Positions 17,115 through 26,424 of a stretch of DNA of 64,000 nucleotides are shown here, piece after piece. Every line of letters begins with the position of its first letter. Position 1 is the stretch's first letter. Position numbers and translations under genes: made by a program. The notes beneath the pieces are model-generated. The model worked only from the letters and a program-made list of their open reading frames with translations. It searched no databases and was not told the DNA's origin. Origin of the DNA: Candidatus Latescibacterota bacterium (lineage in GTDB: Bacteria; Latescibacterota; UBA2968; GCA-2709665); NCBI GenBank assembly GCA_965222075.1, contig OZ244937.1, forward strand, positions 416,001 through 480,000, in the 5' to 3' direction.

Positions 17115-17169
17115 GATGGGGGCCGCTTTGCCGGACTATCGAGCTCCCCTGGCGTCAAGCGATTTTCGA

Positions 17170-17262
17170 GGGTGAGACGCCCGTGCTCCCGGGAGCATGA
17201 CGGCCTTGTCCGACCATACCCTACCCCAACATGCGGGCGAGACGCCCGCGCTCCCAGGGGGG
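17170..17262 (+). repeat. REP-doublet repeat C, copy 2 (empty site)
   Basis: Ends GCGGGCGAGACGCCCGCGCTCCCAGGGGG. Confidence 0.85.
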
Positions 17263-17312
17263 ATCAAGGTCGCTACGCAGTGGTGGACAACACAGCAGAA
17301 AGGAGTTCGCTT

Positions 17313-18299
17313 ATGGAAACTGTTCGATTGGGTCTGGTCGGATCGGGCGGTATGGCCAAAAGCCGGGCCGCTGCTTTTTCGGCCCTGGAGGGCTGGCAGT
17401 TGACCGCTCTGGCCGCACGCAACCGGATCACGGGTGGCGAACTGGCCCGGCGGCACGAGGTTCAGCTGCTGTCCCATTGGCAGGATCTGATTGAGCGGGC
17501 CGATGTGGACGCCGTGGCGGTTTGCACCAACAACGACAGCCACGGTCCTGTTGCCCGGGCTGCCCTGGAGGCGGGTAAGCACGTATTTCTCGAATACCCG
17601 CTGGCGCGCCGCCTCGACGAAGGAAGCGCCCTGGTCGGCCTGGCGCATGCAACGGGCAAGGTGTTGCGCGTGGCCCATCCGGAGGTTGTGTCGGGCGAGC
17701 ACCGGCGGCTCAAAGAGGCGATGGGGTCGCTGGGTGGCCTGCTGGTGGCTTTGTTCGCCCGCTTGACTCCCGCGAGGGGGGCGCGGCCAGAGGTGCTGTT
17801 CAATATCCACATCTCGGGGCCGCCCTCACTGTTTTTCGTGTATCACGTGTACCCTCTGGTCGACCTGTTCGGTCCGGCGTCGTGGGTGGAGGGGTATACC
17901 CACTACGATGGGATGAATAGCGCGGGGACGTACGAGCGCTTTGTCAACCGGGCGGTGGTGGGTTTTGTGAGCGGCGGCACAGCGCAGTGGACCTGGGCAG
18001 GCGGTATCGCCATTGGCCGGGCCGAGCAGTACCAGCGGTTGGTGCTGGAGGGAGGAACGCTGGTTCACGAGGACGGGGGTTGGCGCCGCTCGACGACTGA
18101 GGGTATTGACGCGGTGCCGGCGGCGAAAGAAGGCGGTTCGCTGGAGAGTCTGTTCCTGGAAGAAGTGCTGGGGAAACGGGATGGTTGGCGCGCCGATCTG
18201 AGCACGGCGCTGGAAGCGGTCCGAATTGGCCTCGGCGCGGAGGTAGCGGCGGCGGAAGGTCGGCGGGTGCGTTTACCGGAAGACGCTGAAAGGGAGTAG
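17313..18299 (+). CDS. Gfo/Idh/MocA family oxidoreductase
   Basis: LGLVGSGGMA, VDAVAVCT, ALEAGKHVFLEYPLA. RBS AAGGAG. Confidence 0.85.
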   Translation: METVRLGLVGSGGMAKSRAAAFSALEGWQLTALAARNRITGGELARRHEVQLLSHWQDLIERADVDAVAVCTNNDSHGPVARAALEAGKHVFLEYPLARRLDEGSALVGLAHATGKVLRVAHPEVVSGEHRRLKEAMGSLGGLLVALFARLTPARGARPEVLFNIHISGPPSLFFVYHVYPLVDLFGPASWVEGYTHYDGMNSAGTYERFVNRAVVGFVSGGTAQWTWAGGIAIGRAEQYQRLVLEGGTLVHEDGGWRRSTTEGIDAVPAAKEGGSLESLFLEEVLGKRDGWRADLSTALEAVRIGLGAEVAAAEGRRVRLPEDAERE

Positions 18300-18315
18300 G
18301 GCGAGAGGAGATGCA

Positions 18316-18377
18316 GTGGCGCTAAATTAGGCTGATTCAAATTCATATATTGATATAGCCTTATTTTTTGGTAGATT
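18316..18377 (+). promoter_or_regulatory. 46-bp repeat with embedded putative promoter, copy 2
   Basis: TTGATA-N16-TAGATT, 7 nt before ATG 18385. Confidence 0.55.
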
Positions 18378-18384
18378 TTTCTTT

Positions 18385-18557
18385 ATGATACCACGTAATC
18401 TTGAACCCATGCTCAAAAAGGCGGCACGCACCTCACCAAATTACCTCGAGCATGTTCCGTAGTCGTCGCCTATGGGGGTGATCAAATCCAGACCCGCGAG
18501 GCGGGGAGTCTGATACCCTGGCTCAAACTACACGAAGCAGGTTTTTGGGAACCGTAA
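18385..18557 (+). pseudogene. Internally deleted AAA_14/DUF4143 ATPase remnant
   Basis: Start MIPRNLEPMLKKAAR joined out of frame to end VVAYGGDQIQTREAGSLIPW. These parallel MIKREITPRL and VVYGGVDRQSRR of 15138-16319. Confidence 0.6.
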
Positions 18558-18609
18558 CTCGACGTTTCCGTCACTTCCAGCGAAACACTGGGTGTGAATC
18601 GGTGGGATG

Positions 18610-18648
18610 AAAATGCCCCTGAGGAATTGAATTTCCCCGGGGCATTTT
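18610..18648. terminator. Bidirectional rho-independent terminator
   Basis: AAAATGCCCC...GGGGCATTTT downstream of nadE. Confidence 0.7.
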
Positions 18649-18677
18649 TGCGTCCGATATTCTACATCGATGGGCGC

Positions 18678-20429
18678 TTAATACTCCCGGAAGCGGTTGG
18701 TGATGGGTAAGCGGCGGTCGCGGCCGAAGGCGCGGGGGGTGATTTTGATGCCGGGGGGGGCCTGGCGGCGTTTGTACTCGTTGAGGTCTACGGTTTGGAT
18801 CACGCGGCGTACGAGCTTTTCGTCGAAGCCCATGGCCACGATTTCGGTCAGGCTGCGGTCTTCTTCCACATAGGCCTTGAGGATAGGATCCAGGATGGGA
18901 TAGGGAGGGAGGCTGTCGGTGTCGAACTGGTTCTCGCGCAGTTCGGCCGTGGGCGGGCGCTGGACGGTGGAGGCGGGGATGACGGGACCGTCGGGGAGGC
19001 TGTTGCGGTGGTGCGCCAGGTCGTAGACCAGGGTTTTGTAGATGTCTTTGATAACGGCGAATCCACCGGCCATGTCGCCGTAGAGGGTGGCGTAGCCCAT
19101 GCTCAGTTCGCTTTTGTTGCCCGTGGTGAGCACGATCCAGCCGAATTTGTTGCACAGGGCCATCAGGAGGTTGCCCCGGATGCGGGGCTGGATGTTTTCC
19201 TCGGCGGTGTCGGACGGCCGACCCTCGAATTCGTCCGACAGTTCGGACAGGTAGGCCTCGAAGATGCTCTGGATAGGGAGGGTGACCAGGCGGATGCCGA
19301 GGTTTTGGGCGGTTTCAACGGCATCGTTGCGGGTGTCTTCGGATGAGTAGCGGGAAGGCATGGTGACACCGATGACATTGTCCGCGCCGAGGGCGTCCCG
19401 GGCAATGACCGATACGAGGGCGGAGTCGATGCCTCCGGAGAGGGCGACCAGGACCTTTACGAAGCCGTTTTTGCGGACGTAGTCCCGGGTGCCCAGGACA
19501 AGGGCGTCGTAGATATCTTTCAAGCGTTCGTCCTTGTTGAGCGAGAAGGGAGGAGGCGCAGCCTGGAGGCGGTCCGAAGGGGGCGCAGGGAACGCCACAT
19601 CGATCGGGGGCAGGTCGATGCAGGGGAGGTCGGTCTGGTGGGCCCGTTTCTCTTTGCGACGGCGGGGGTGGTGCAGGCGGTAGCGGAAGACCGCTTCGAG
19701 GTCGATATCGACCAGCAGAAGGTCCTCTTTAAAGCGGGGGGCACGGGCGAGGAGGGCGCCTTCCTGGTCAACCACAAAGCTTCCCCCGTCGAAGACGAGC
19801 TCATCCTGACCTCCTACCAGATTGCAGAAGGCGAGGGCGCTGCCGTAATCGGACGCGCGGGTGGCGATCATCTGCTCCCGCTGGAGGCCCTTGCCGTCGT
19901 GGAAGGGCGAGGAGGAGATGTTGACGATGAGTTCGGCGTCTCCAAAGAGGGCCTGGAGGCGGGCCGGTCCGCCGGGATACCAGATGTCTTCGCAGATGTT
20001 GACCCCAAAGATGATCCCGTTGAGGCTGTAGACCCTGGCGTTGCTGCCTGCCTGGAAGTAGCGGTCTTCATCGAAGACTTCGTAGTTGGGCAGGTAGGCC
20101 TTGTGGTAGATATCGACGAGCTGCCCGTTGCAGGCGACCGCGGCTGCGTTGTAGATGTCGTCCTGGCGGTCGACAAATCCGATGACGGCGGCGATGTGCC
20201 GGGTCTCCCGGACAAGGATGTCGAGGGAGCGGCGGTTGGCCTCGATAAACCGGGGTTTAAAGAGGAGGTCTTCGGGTGGGTACCCCGGGACGGCCAATTC
20301 CGGGAAGGCGACCAGGGCGGCGCCGAGGTCTCTGGCCTTTCGGATGCCGTCCAGAATCCTGTTCCGGTTGCCGCTCAGGTCACCGACGGTGACGTTGATC
20401 TGAGCCAGGGCGATGCGTAGGGTGCGCAT
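18678..20429 (-). CDS. nadE: Glutamine-dependent NAD+ synthetase
   Basis: Nitrilase domain (FPEL, ICEDIW) plus ALSGGIDS, TTGNKSE, GYATLYGD, EYKRRQ. Confidence 0.95.
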   Translation of the reverse strand: MRTLRIALAQINVTVGDLSGNRNRILDGIRKARDLGAALVAFPELAVPGYPPEDLLFKPRFIEANRRSLDILVRETRHIAAVIGFVDRQDDIYNAAAVACNGQLVDIYHKAYLPNYEVFDEDRYFQAGSNARVYSLNGIIFGVNICEDIWYPGGPARLQALFGDAELIVNISSSPFHDGKGLQREQMIATRASDYGSALAFCNLVGGQDELVFDGGSFVVDQEGALLARAPRFKEDLLLVDIDLEAVFRYRLHHPRRRKEKRAHQTDLPCIDLPPIDVAFPAPPSDRLQAAPPPFSLNKDERLKDIYDALVLGTRDYVRKNGFVKVLVALSGGIDSALVSVIARDALGADNVIGVTMPSRYSSEDTRNDAVETAQNLGIRLVTLPIQSIFEAYLSELSDEFEGRPSDTAEENIQPRIRGNLLMALCNKFGWIVLTTGNKSELSMGYATLYGDMAGGFAVIKDIYKTLVYDLAHHRNSLPDGPVIPASTVQRPPTAELRENQFDTDSLPPYPILDPILKAYVEEDRSLTEIVAMGFDEKLVRRVIQTVDLNEYKRRQAPPGIKITPRAFGRDRRLPITNRFREY

Positions 20430-20453
20430 AGGTGAGTGGAGCGTACTTGCTGT

Positions 20454-21155
20454 TCACGGCTGAAGGTTTCCGACGGCCTGTTCGATGAGTCTGGCTGCTG
20501 CTTCCTGGGAGGTGCAGCCGGTGTTGATCACGAAATGGTAGAGGACAGGATCGTCCCAGTTGATCGCGTAGTTGTCCTGAAGGTAGGCGGCGCGGCGTTT
20601 GTCGCTTTTCTGGATCATGGCTTTGGCCTCTTTGGCGGAGACCCCCCGGCGCTCCATCACGACCTGGATTCGGACATCTAAGGGCGCTACCGTTCGCACG
20701 TGGAGGGTGTGTGGGCGGTCGCGGAGGATGGCCTGCCCTCCCCGCCCCACGATGATGATGTTCCCCCGCTCATAGAGGCGGTCAACGGCGGCCTGAAGGA
20801 ATTTGAGGTAGTCCCGATGGTCCAGGAGGTGTTTTGCTTCGGTAAGGGCGACATCGTCGGTGAGGAGGGTTGCGGAGATTTCGTAGGGGAATTCGAGCCC
20901 CCAGAGCATGGCAGGGGGCACCGGGACCGATCGGGAGGGGGTAATCAGGCTGCGAATGAACCGCTTGGCAGGGCTTTCGCTGAGTTCGTCATACTTTTCC
21001 ACTTCGGATTCGGAGACGTTGGCTTCCCGGGCCACTTCGGTAATCAGGTCCTTGTCCACCCAATCGTAGCCGAGGATTTCGGCCGTCCGGCGGGCCACCA
21101 GGTCTCCGATGCTGCCAAGCTGGCGCGATATGGTCACCACGGCCACGGCACGCAC
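20454..21155 (-). CDS. Cytidylate kinase-like family protein
   Basis: VTISRQLGS, IIVGRGG, DKRRAAY, LYHFVINT. Confidence 0.85.
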   Translation of the reverse strand: MRAVAVVTISRQLGSIGDLVARRTAEILGYDWVDKDLITEVAREANVSESEVEKYDELSESPAKRFIRSLITPSRSVPVPPAMLWGLEFPYEISATLLTDDVALTEAKHLLDHRDYLKFLQAAVDRLYERGNIIIVGRGGQAILRDRPHTLHVRTVAPLDVRIQVVMERRGVSAKEAKAMIQKSDKRRAAYLQDNYAINWDDPVLYHFVINTGCTSQEAAARLIEQAVGNLQP

Positions 21156-21238
21156 CTCCTCCCGGGTTATTGTGGATTTGAGATTGCGGGTCTCCCACTC
21201 CGGAAGATTGCCTAAGAAGCTGCTGTTTGGAAAAACCC

Positions 21239-23065
21239 TCAGAAGTCGGTGTAGAAGTAATGCCGGCTGTCGACGATCTCTGCGTCTGTTTTGAGATTGT
21301 TCAGCCAGATGGCGACGGTCTGGCTTCTTTTTTGGGAAAGGAGGCGCTGGGTAAGGGCCTGACGCTCCGCCTGGAATGCCGAGTCATCGATGGGCTGACG
21401 CTCCAGGACCTGCAGGATATAGGCGCCCCCTTCGGTGGTTACCACGTCGCTCATTTCACCCGACTGCAGGCGGAATGCCGCTCCAATAAAGGCGTTTCGA
21501 CCTCCGATACCGGGCAGGAAATCGTTTCGGGAAAAGGGTTTGGGTTCAACAACGCGGAGGCCGTGGGCTTTTGCCGCCTCTTTGAGGGAGCTGCCCCCCC
21601 GGACCCCGTCCAGGACAGGGGCTGCCCATTGGGCGGCCAGGCCGACCTTCTTTTGTCCTTTGAGCTTTACGAAGATCTGGCCACGGACCTCGTCGAGCGG
21701 CTGTGGACCGGCGGCGCGTTTTGCCCTGAGAACGAAGATGTAGATGCCCTGGTCTGTCTCGTAGAGGGGTGAGATCTCGCCCGGCGATGCGGCCAGGAAG
21801 CCGTTGACCAGCCCGGAGGTCCGGTTCCTGAGGAGGGGAAAGAATCCCCCGGCGGTGATAAATCCGGTGTCTTGGGGCACCAGATCCACCTCGGTTACGG
21901 CGCCTTCAAACCCGAACTCCTCGGCGTGTTCCAGAAATACGTTGGCCTGCAGACGGAGGCTATCCAGGGTGTTGCGCCTGGCGCGCGTCTGAAGGAGGAT
22001 GTGGCGTGCGTGCACCCGGAGGCTGTCTGCGGCTCCTTTTCTGTCTTCGACTTTGACAATATGCCACCCAAACTGGGTGCGAAACGGCTCCGAGATCTCA
22101 CCGGAGTCGAGGGAAAAGGCGGTGTCTTCGAAGGCCTTGACCATCTGGCCCCGCCCAAAGAATCCAAGGTCGCCGTCTTTCTGAGCGCTGCCGGGGTCGT
22201 CGGAGTTGTTTCGGGCCAACTGGCCAAAGTCATCCCCCGCCCGAATCTGAGCGAGGAGGCGCCGGATTTCGGCCTCGGTTTCCGCGCTGTCACGAGCGGA
22301 CGGGGTTTTGGAGAAGGAGACGAACGAGGCCTGCACGGCGGCGTCCTGGTGGTATTCGTCTTTGTGGGCGTCGTAATAGGCCCGAACCTCGCTTTCGGAG
22401 ACGAGGGCCAGGGAGTCGGGGAAGGCAGATGTCTCGACTCCTGCATAGGCGACCCGGACTTTTTCGTACTGGTTCACATAGGCTTCGCGGACTTCTGCGC
22501 TGGTGACCTTCACGGCGCTGGTGACCAGTTCCTGGAGCTTCTGAAAGCGGAGGGCCCGCCGGACGGCGCTTTCGGCACTGAGCACAAATTGCTTCACCTG
22601 AGGGTTGCTGTAGGTGCCCGGGTCATCCAGGAACCGGGCATACTTGGCCGGGTCGAACTTGCCATCGGTCTGGAAGTCCGGTATGTTTTGAACCTCCGCG
22701 ATGGGTTGGGTGCGGTTGACAAAGTCGACCTCTCTGTCGGAGACTGTAATATTGTGCGCTTGCATCTGCTGGACGATCAGGACCTCTGTCACAAGCTGAT
22801 CCCAGGTCTGGCGGACCAGCGGTCCCAGTTCAGGATCAATGGCGTTTTCTGCCTTTGCCCGCAGGTAGGCGTTCCGAAGGATGGTGTCAAACTGTTTGTG
22901 GGAAATTTCCCTTCCGTTGATGACGCCGACCGTATCGCCGGCCGGGCCGACCCTGCGGCCGCTGATGTCGGCCCCCCATTCCAGTACGATCAGACCGACG
23001 AAGGCCGCGGCAACGATCCACATCATCGCTTTGATGAATGTGACATTGCGAAAGGTGTTGAGCAT
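21239..23065 (-). CDS. PpiD-like parvulin peptidyl-prolyl isomerase with SurA N-terminal domain
   Basis: N-terminal TM anchor. SDDPGSA..DGDLG...MVKAFE...TQFGWHIVKV. Confidence 0.85.
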   Translation of the reverse strand: MLNTFRNVTFIKAMMWIVAAAFVGLIVLEWGADISGRRVGPAGDTVGVINGREISHKQFDTILRNAYLRAKAENAIDPELGPLVRQTWDQLVTEVLIVQQMQAHNITVSDREVDFVNRTQPIAEVQNIPDFQTDGKFDPAKYARFLDDPGTYSNPQVKQFVLSAESAVRRALRFQKLQELVTSAVKVTSAEVREAYVNQYEKVRVAYAGVETSAFPDSLALVSESEVRAYYDAHKDEYHQDAAVQASFVSFSKTPSARDSAETEAEIRRLLAQIRAGDDFGQLARNNSDDPGSAQKDGDLGFFGRGQMVKAFEDTAFSLDSGEISEPFRTQFGWHIVKVEDRKGAADSLRVHARHILLQTRARRNTLDSLRLQANVFLEHAEEFGFEGAVTEVDLVPQDTGFITAGGFFPLLRNRTSGLVNGFLAASPGEISPLYETDQGIYIFVLRAKRAAGPQPLDEVRGQIFVKLKGQKKVGLAAQWAAPVLDGVRGGSSLKEAAKAHGLRVVEPKPFSRNDFLPGIGGRNAFIGAAFRLQSGEMSDVVTTEGGAYILQVLERQPIDDSAFQAERQALTQRLLSQKRSQTVAIWLNNLKTDAEIVDSRHYFYTDF

Positions 23066-23216
23066 TGAAGGAACGCCTCCATTGGGACAAAACAAATCAA
23101 GGTGTGTGTTGAAAGCCGGTGACAGAAGACCAAATGCTTGCCATACAAATTATAGGAACTGAACAATACAGGCAAGTTTTTTTTGCGTAGGGGCAAATTT
23201 TCGGATGGATCTCCGC

Positions 23217-23245
23217 TTGACGGGAGGGAATAAAATACCTATACT
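23217..23245 (+). promoter_or_regulatory. Sigma70-type promoter upstream of the M23 gene
   Basis: TTGACG-N17-TATACT. Confidence 0.65.
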
Positions 23246-23344
23246 CAACGAAAGTTGCGAGTCCTGAGTCTCGGGTCCAAAGTCAACATCCGGATGTTTG
23301 GAGGGGTGCGGGGAACTCGGGACTGTTTTTTTTGAGGTTTAAGG

Positions 23345-25651
23345 ATGCGTATACGCATTTCGATGGCGCTTATCGCCCTTCTCGCCGTGGGTCCGGGCCG
23401 GGCGGAGGGAGGGGACTACCACTGGCCGATGGCGGCGAGGCCGGCGTTGACTTCGACCTTTGGAGAGTACCGGCAGGGGCGGTTTTACGCCCGGTCGGGG
23501 CGGTTCCACGCGGGGATTGACCTGAAGACGTGGGGGCGGGAAGGGTACCCGGTGCTGGCGGTGGACGACGGCTACGTCTGGCGGGTGCGGACCTCTCCGT
23601 GGGGTTATGGGAAGGCTGTCTATATAAAACTTCGGGATGGGCGAACGGCGGTGTACGCCCACCTGTCGGCGTTTGCGCCTTCTCTTGTGCCCATCGTAGA
23701 GGCGGAGCAGGAACGGCGGGGCAGGTACAGTGTGAACCTGTTTTTGAAGCAAGATCAGATTCTTGTCAGGCGGGGGGAGAAGGTGGGGTTTTCGGGGAGT
23801 ACCGGGACGGGGGTGCCGCACCTTCACTTTGAACTTCGGGACAAAGACCAGCGGCCGATCAATGCGCTGAAGCACGGTTTTGACGTTCAGGATACCACCG
23901 CCCCCACCATCCGGTCGCTGGCGCTGCTGCCCTTAGATGCGGACGCGCGGGTGGCCGGTGGGCACGCACCCTATACGTTTGGGGTGCGGTGGCATCTCAA
24001 AAAGCAGCGCTACGGCGCTTCCAGGCAGGTTGTGGTGGAGGGGCGCTTCGGCGTGGCGGTTGAGGTCTACGACCGGGCCGATGCGTCGGTGCTGACCAAC
24101 CGGCTGGCGCCCTACCGGCTGCGCCTGCTGGTGGATGGCCGGGAGGTCTTCCAGACGGCCTATACCGCTTTTGGATATGACGAGGTCCACCAGGTGGAAC
24201 TGGACCGGAATTTTGCGCTGCGCCGTCTGGGGGTCGGCAAGTTTCACAACCTGTTTCGGGCAGAGGGCAACCGACTTGCTCTGTATGGGGACTACCAGCC
24301 GGGCGACGGGGTGTTGTATGCGGGCACCCGGCCAGCGGAGCGGGGTGTGGCGCTGGGGATGGGGCCTCACCGCCTGCGGGTTGTGGCCGAGGATGCGGCA
24401 GGCAACCGGTCGGAGGCGGAGGTGGCGGTGCTGGTGGACGCGCGCCCCCGGATACTGGCGTTCCACGCAGAGGCGGCGGGCGACTCGGTGAGACTCAGGG
24501 CCCGGTATACCGATGAAGAACCGGTGGAGGTGGCCTTTGAGGAGTCGATGGATGGGGGCGAGACCTGGCGCATATCAGGAGCGGCGCGCGCCAAAACAGA
24601 AGGCGTGTTTGCCTTTACGCATAAACGACGGGTAGAGGCCGGGGCGCTCTACCGGGTGCGGGTGCGTGATCCGTACGGTTTGGAGGCGTTTCAGACGGGC
24701 GCTCCGGTTAAGGCTGTGGTCGGCGCCGGGATGGGTTCGATGCTTAAGTGTGGGCTGGCCTTTTATCCCGATTTTGCGGTCATTCGGATCGATTCGGACC
24801 GGCTCCTGGCGGCCCTTCCCCGGGTCACTGTCCGATGGCCGGGGCGGCAGGAGGCGGTGCTGGAGGTCACCCAGCGGGCGCTGCGCGCTTACGAGGCCCT
24901 GGTGCGGTTTGACCCGGAGGCGGTGGGGCGGCTGACGGTCTCGGCCGTGGACCTGAGGGGAGAGGCCGGGCATCAGACGCTGACCCTGGACCAGCAGAAG
25001 GTGGGACTCTCGGGGGGGAGGGTGCACTCGGAAGACGGCGCCGCCGAGGCCCGTTTCGATTCGGGTGAGGTCTACCGGACGCTCTTTGCGCGGGTTTTTG
25101 CGGGAGCGGCCAGGGGACCGGAAGGCCTGCCCACAGTGGGGCTGGCGTATCGGTTTACGCCTGTGGACGTGCCGTTTAACGGCAGGGCCGACCTTGTCCT
25201 GCGTTACCCGGCAGGGTTCGATCGACCGGAACGGCTGGGCGTGTACGAACAGGCGGATGATAGCACCTGGGCGTTTGTGGGCAATCGGTTGGATTCGGAA
25301 AGGGGAACCGTGGCCGCGGAGGTGGCCCATTTTTCGACCTATGGGCTGCTTTTAGACGCGCTACCGCCGGAGGTGACCGACCTTCGTCCGGCCACCGGCG
25401 CAAAAACAGAGGACCGGCGCCCACTGCTGGTTGCGACTGTGCGGGATGTGGGGTCGGGAATCGGGCGCGAAAAGGATATTTCCGTACGGCTGGATGGCAA
25501 GGAGATGATTTTTGAGTACGATCCCGAAGCAAAGCAGGTGACGGCACGCCCGAAACGGCCTCTGAGGCCGGGGGCGCACCACCTGGAGGTTACGGTCCGG
25601 GATATGTGTGGCAATAAGACCCGGGAAACCAGCCGCTTCACGGTTTGGTAG
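23345..25651 (+). CDS. M23 family metallopeptidase, secreted, with C-terminal Ig-like domains
   Basis: Signal peptide, HAGID, YAHL, GVPHLHFE. Confidence 0.9.
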   Translation: MRIRISMALIALLAVGPGRAEGGDYHWPMAARPALTSTFGEYRQGRFYARSGRFHAGIDLKTWGREGYPVLAVDDGYVWRVRTSPWGYGKAVYIKLRDGRTAVYAHLSAFAPSLVPIVEAEQERRGRYSVNLFLKQDQILVRRGEKVGFSGSTGTGVPHLHFELRDKDQRPINALKHGFDVQDTTAPTIRSLALLPLDADARVAGGHAPYTFGVRWHLKKQRYGASRQVVVEGRFGVAVEVYDRADASVLTNRLAPYRLRLLVDGREVFQTAYTAFGYDEVHQVELDRNFALRRLGVGKFHNLFRAEGNRLALYGDYQPGDGVLYAGTRPAERGVALGMGPHRLRVVAEDAAGNRSEAEVAVLVDARPRILAFHAEAAGDSVRLRARYTDEEPVEVAFEESMDGGETWRISGAARAKTEGVFAFTHKRRVEAGALYRVRVRDPYGLEAFQTGAPVKAVVGAGMGSMLKCGLAFYPDFAVIRIDSDRLLAALPRVTVRWPGRQEAVLEVTQRALRAYEALVRFDPEAVGRLTVSAVDLRGEAGHQTLTLDQQKVGLSGGRVHSEDGAAEARFDSGEVYRTLFARVFAGAARGPEGLPTVGLAYRFTPVDVPFNGRADLVLRYPAGFDRPERLGVYEQADDSTWAFVGNRLDSERGTVAAEVAHFSTYGLLLDALPPEVTDLRPATGAKTEDRRPLLVATVRDVGSGIGREKDISVRLDGKEMIFEYDPEAKQVTARPKRPLRPGAHHLEVTVRDMCGNKTRETSRFTVW

Positions 25652-25660
25652 GAGCAGGGG

Positions 25661-26359
25661 ATGATTCTTCCGATCAAGGACGACAATCCGACCCGGCGTG
25701 CACCGGTTTTTACGGTGGCCATTCTGGGGGTCAATATGGCGGTCTTTCTGTATGCTGTTTCCTTAGGGTCAATCGGATTTGAGGTGTTTTCCATGCGGTT
25801 GGGGCTCATTCCCTTTGAGATTATGCACGCGACGGATGCGGTTTCGCCGACGCCGATCCCCCTTTATTTGACCCTTTTTACGGCGATGTTCATGCACGGG
25901 GGCTGGGTACATCTGGCCGGGAATATGCTCTATCTCTGGACGTTCGGAAACAGTATCGAGGATACGCTGGGGCGCTTCCGGTTTCTGGTCTTCTATCTTT
26001 TTTCCGGGGTGGCCGCCACGCTGGTCCATGTGGTTTCGGCCCCCGATTCCACAGTGCCCCTGGTCGGGGCGAGCGGGGCGATTGCGGGAGTGCTGGGGGC
26101 TTACATGGCGCTCTTTCCAGGGGTGCGGGTGCACGTCCTGGTGTTCCTGTTTTTCTTTATTCAGGTGGTACGGGTTCCGGCGCTGATCGTTCTGGGGCTC
26201 TGGTTCATTATCCAGTTGGTCAATGCCTCGGTCCAGACGGGTGGCGTGGGTGGGGGCGTGGCCTGGTATGCCCACATTGCAGGATTTGTGGTGGGATATC
26301 TCCTCATGCGGGGCCGGAAACGGCGGATCAGAAGGAAGTTCAAGGGGGCTTATATTTGA
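25661..26359 (+). CDS. Rhomboid intramembrane serine protease
   Basis: HLAGNM, GASGA, AWYAHIAG. Confidence 0.92.
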   Translation: MILPIKDDNPTRRAPVFTVAILGVNMAVFLYAVSLGSIGFEVFSMRLGLIPFEIMHATDAVSPTPIPLYLTLFTAMFMHGGWVHLAGNMLYLWTFGNSIEDTLGRFRFLVFYLFSGVAATLVHVVSAPDSTVPLVGASGAIAGVLGAYMALFPGVRVHVLVFLFFFIQVVRVPALIVLGLWFIIQLVNASVQTGGVGGGVAWYAHIAGFVVGYLLMRGRKRRIRRKFKGAYI

Positions 26360-26388
26360 AAACAGGAAGGGTTTATTCAACAAGATAG

Positions 26389-26424
26389 AGGGTCACTGCC
26401 GGTATTCCCGGGGTGACCCTTTTT
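26389..26424 (+). terminator. Rho-independent terminator
   Basis: AGGGTCAC...GTGACCCT followed by TTTT. Confidence 0.6.

Noticed and set aside
16917-17312. N-terminal extension of the Gfo/Idh/MocA ORF
   Set aside because: Composed of repeats B and C. The RBS and domain start point to ATG 17313.
18385-18600. Possible ncRNA between the oxidoreductase and nadE
   Set aside because: Better explained as the fused start and end of a deleted AAA_14/DUF4143 gene.
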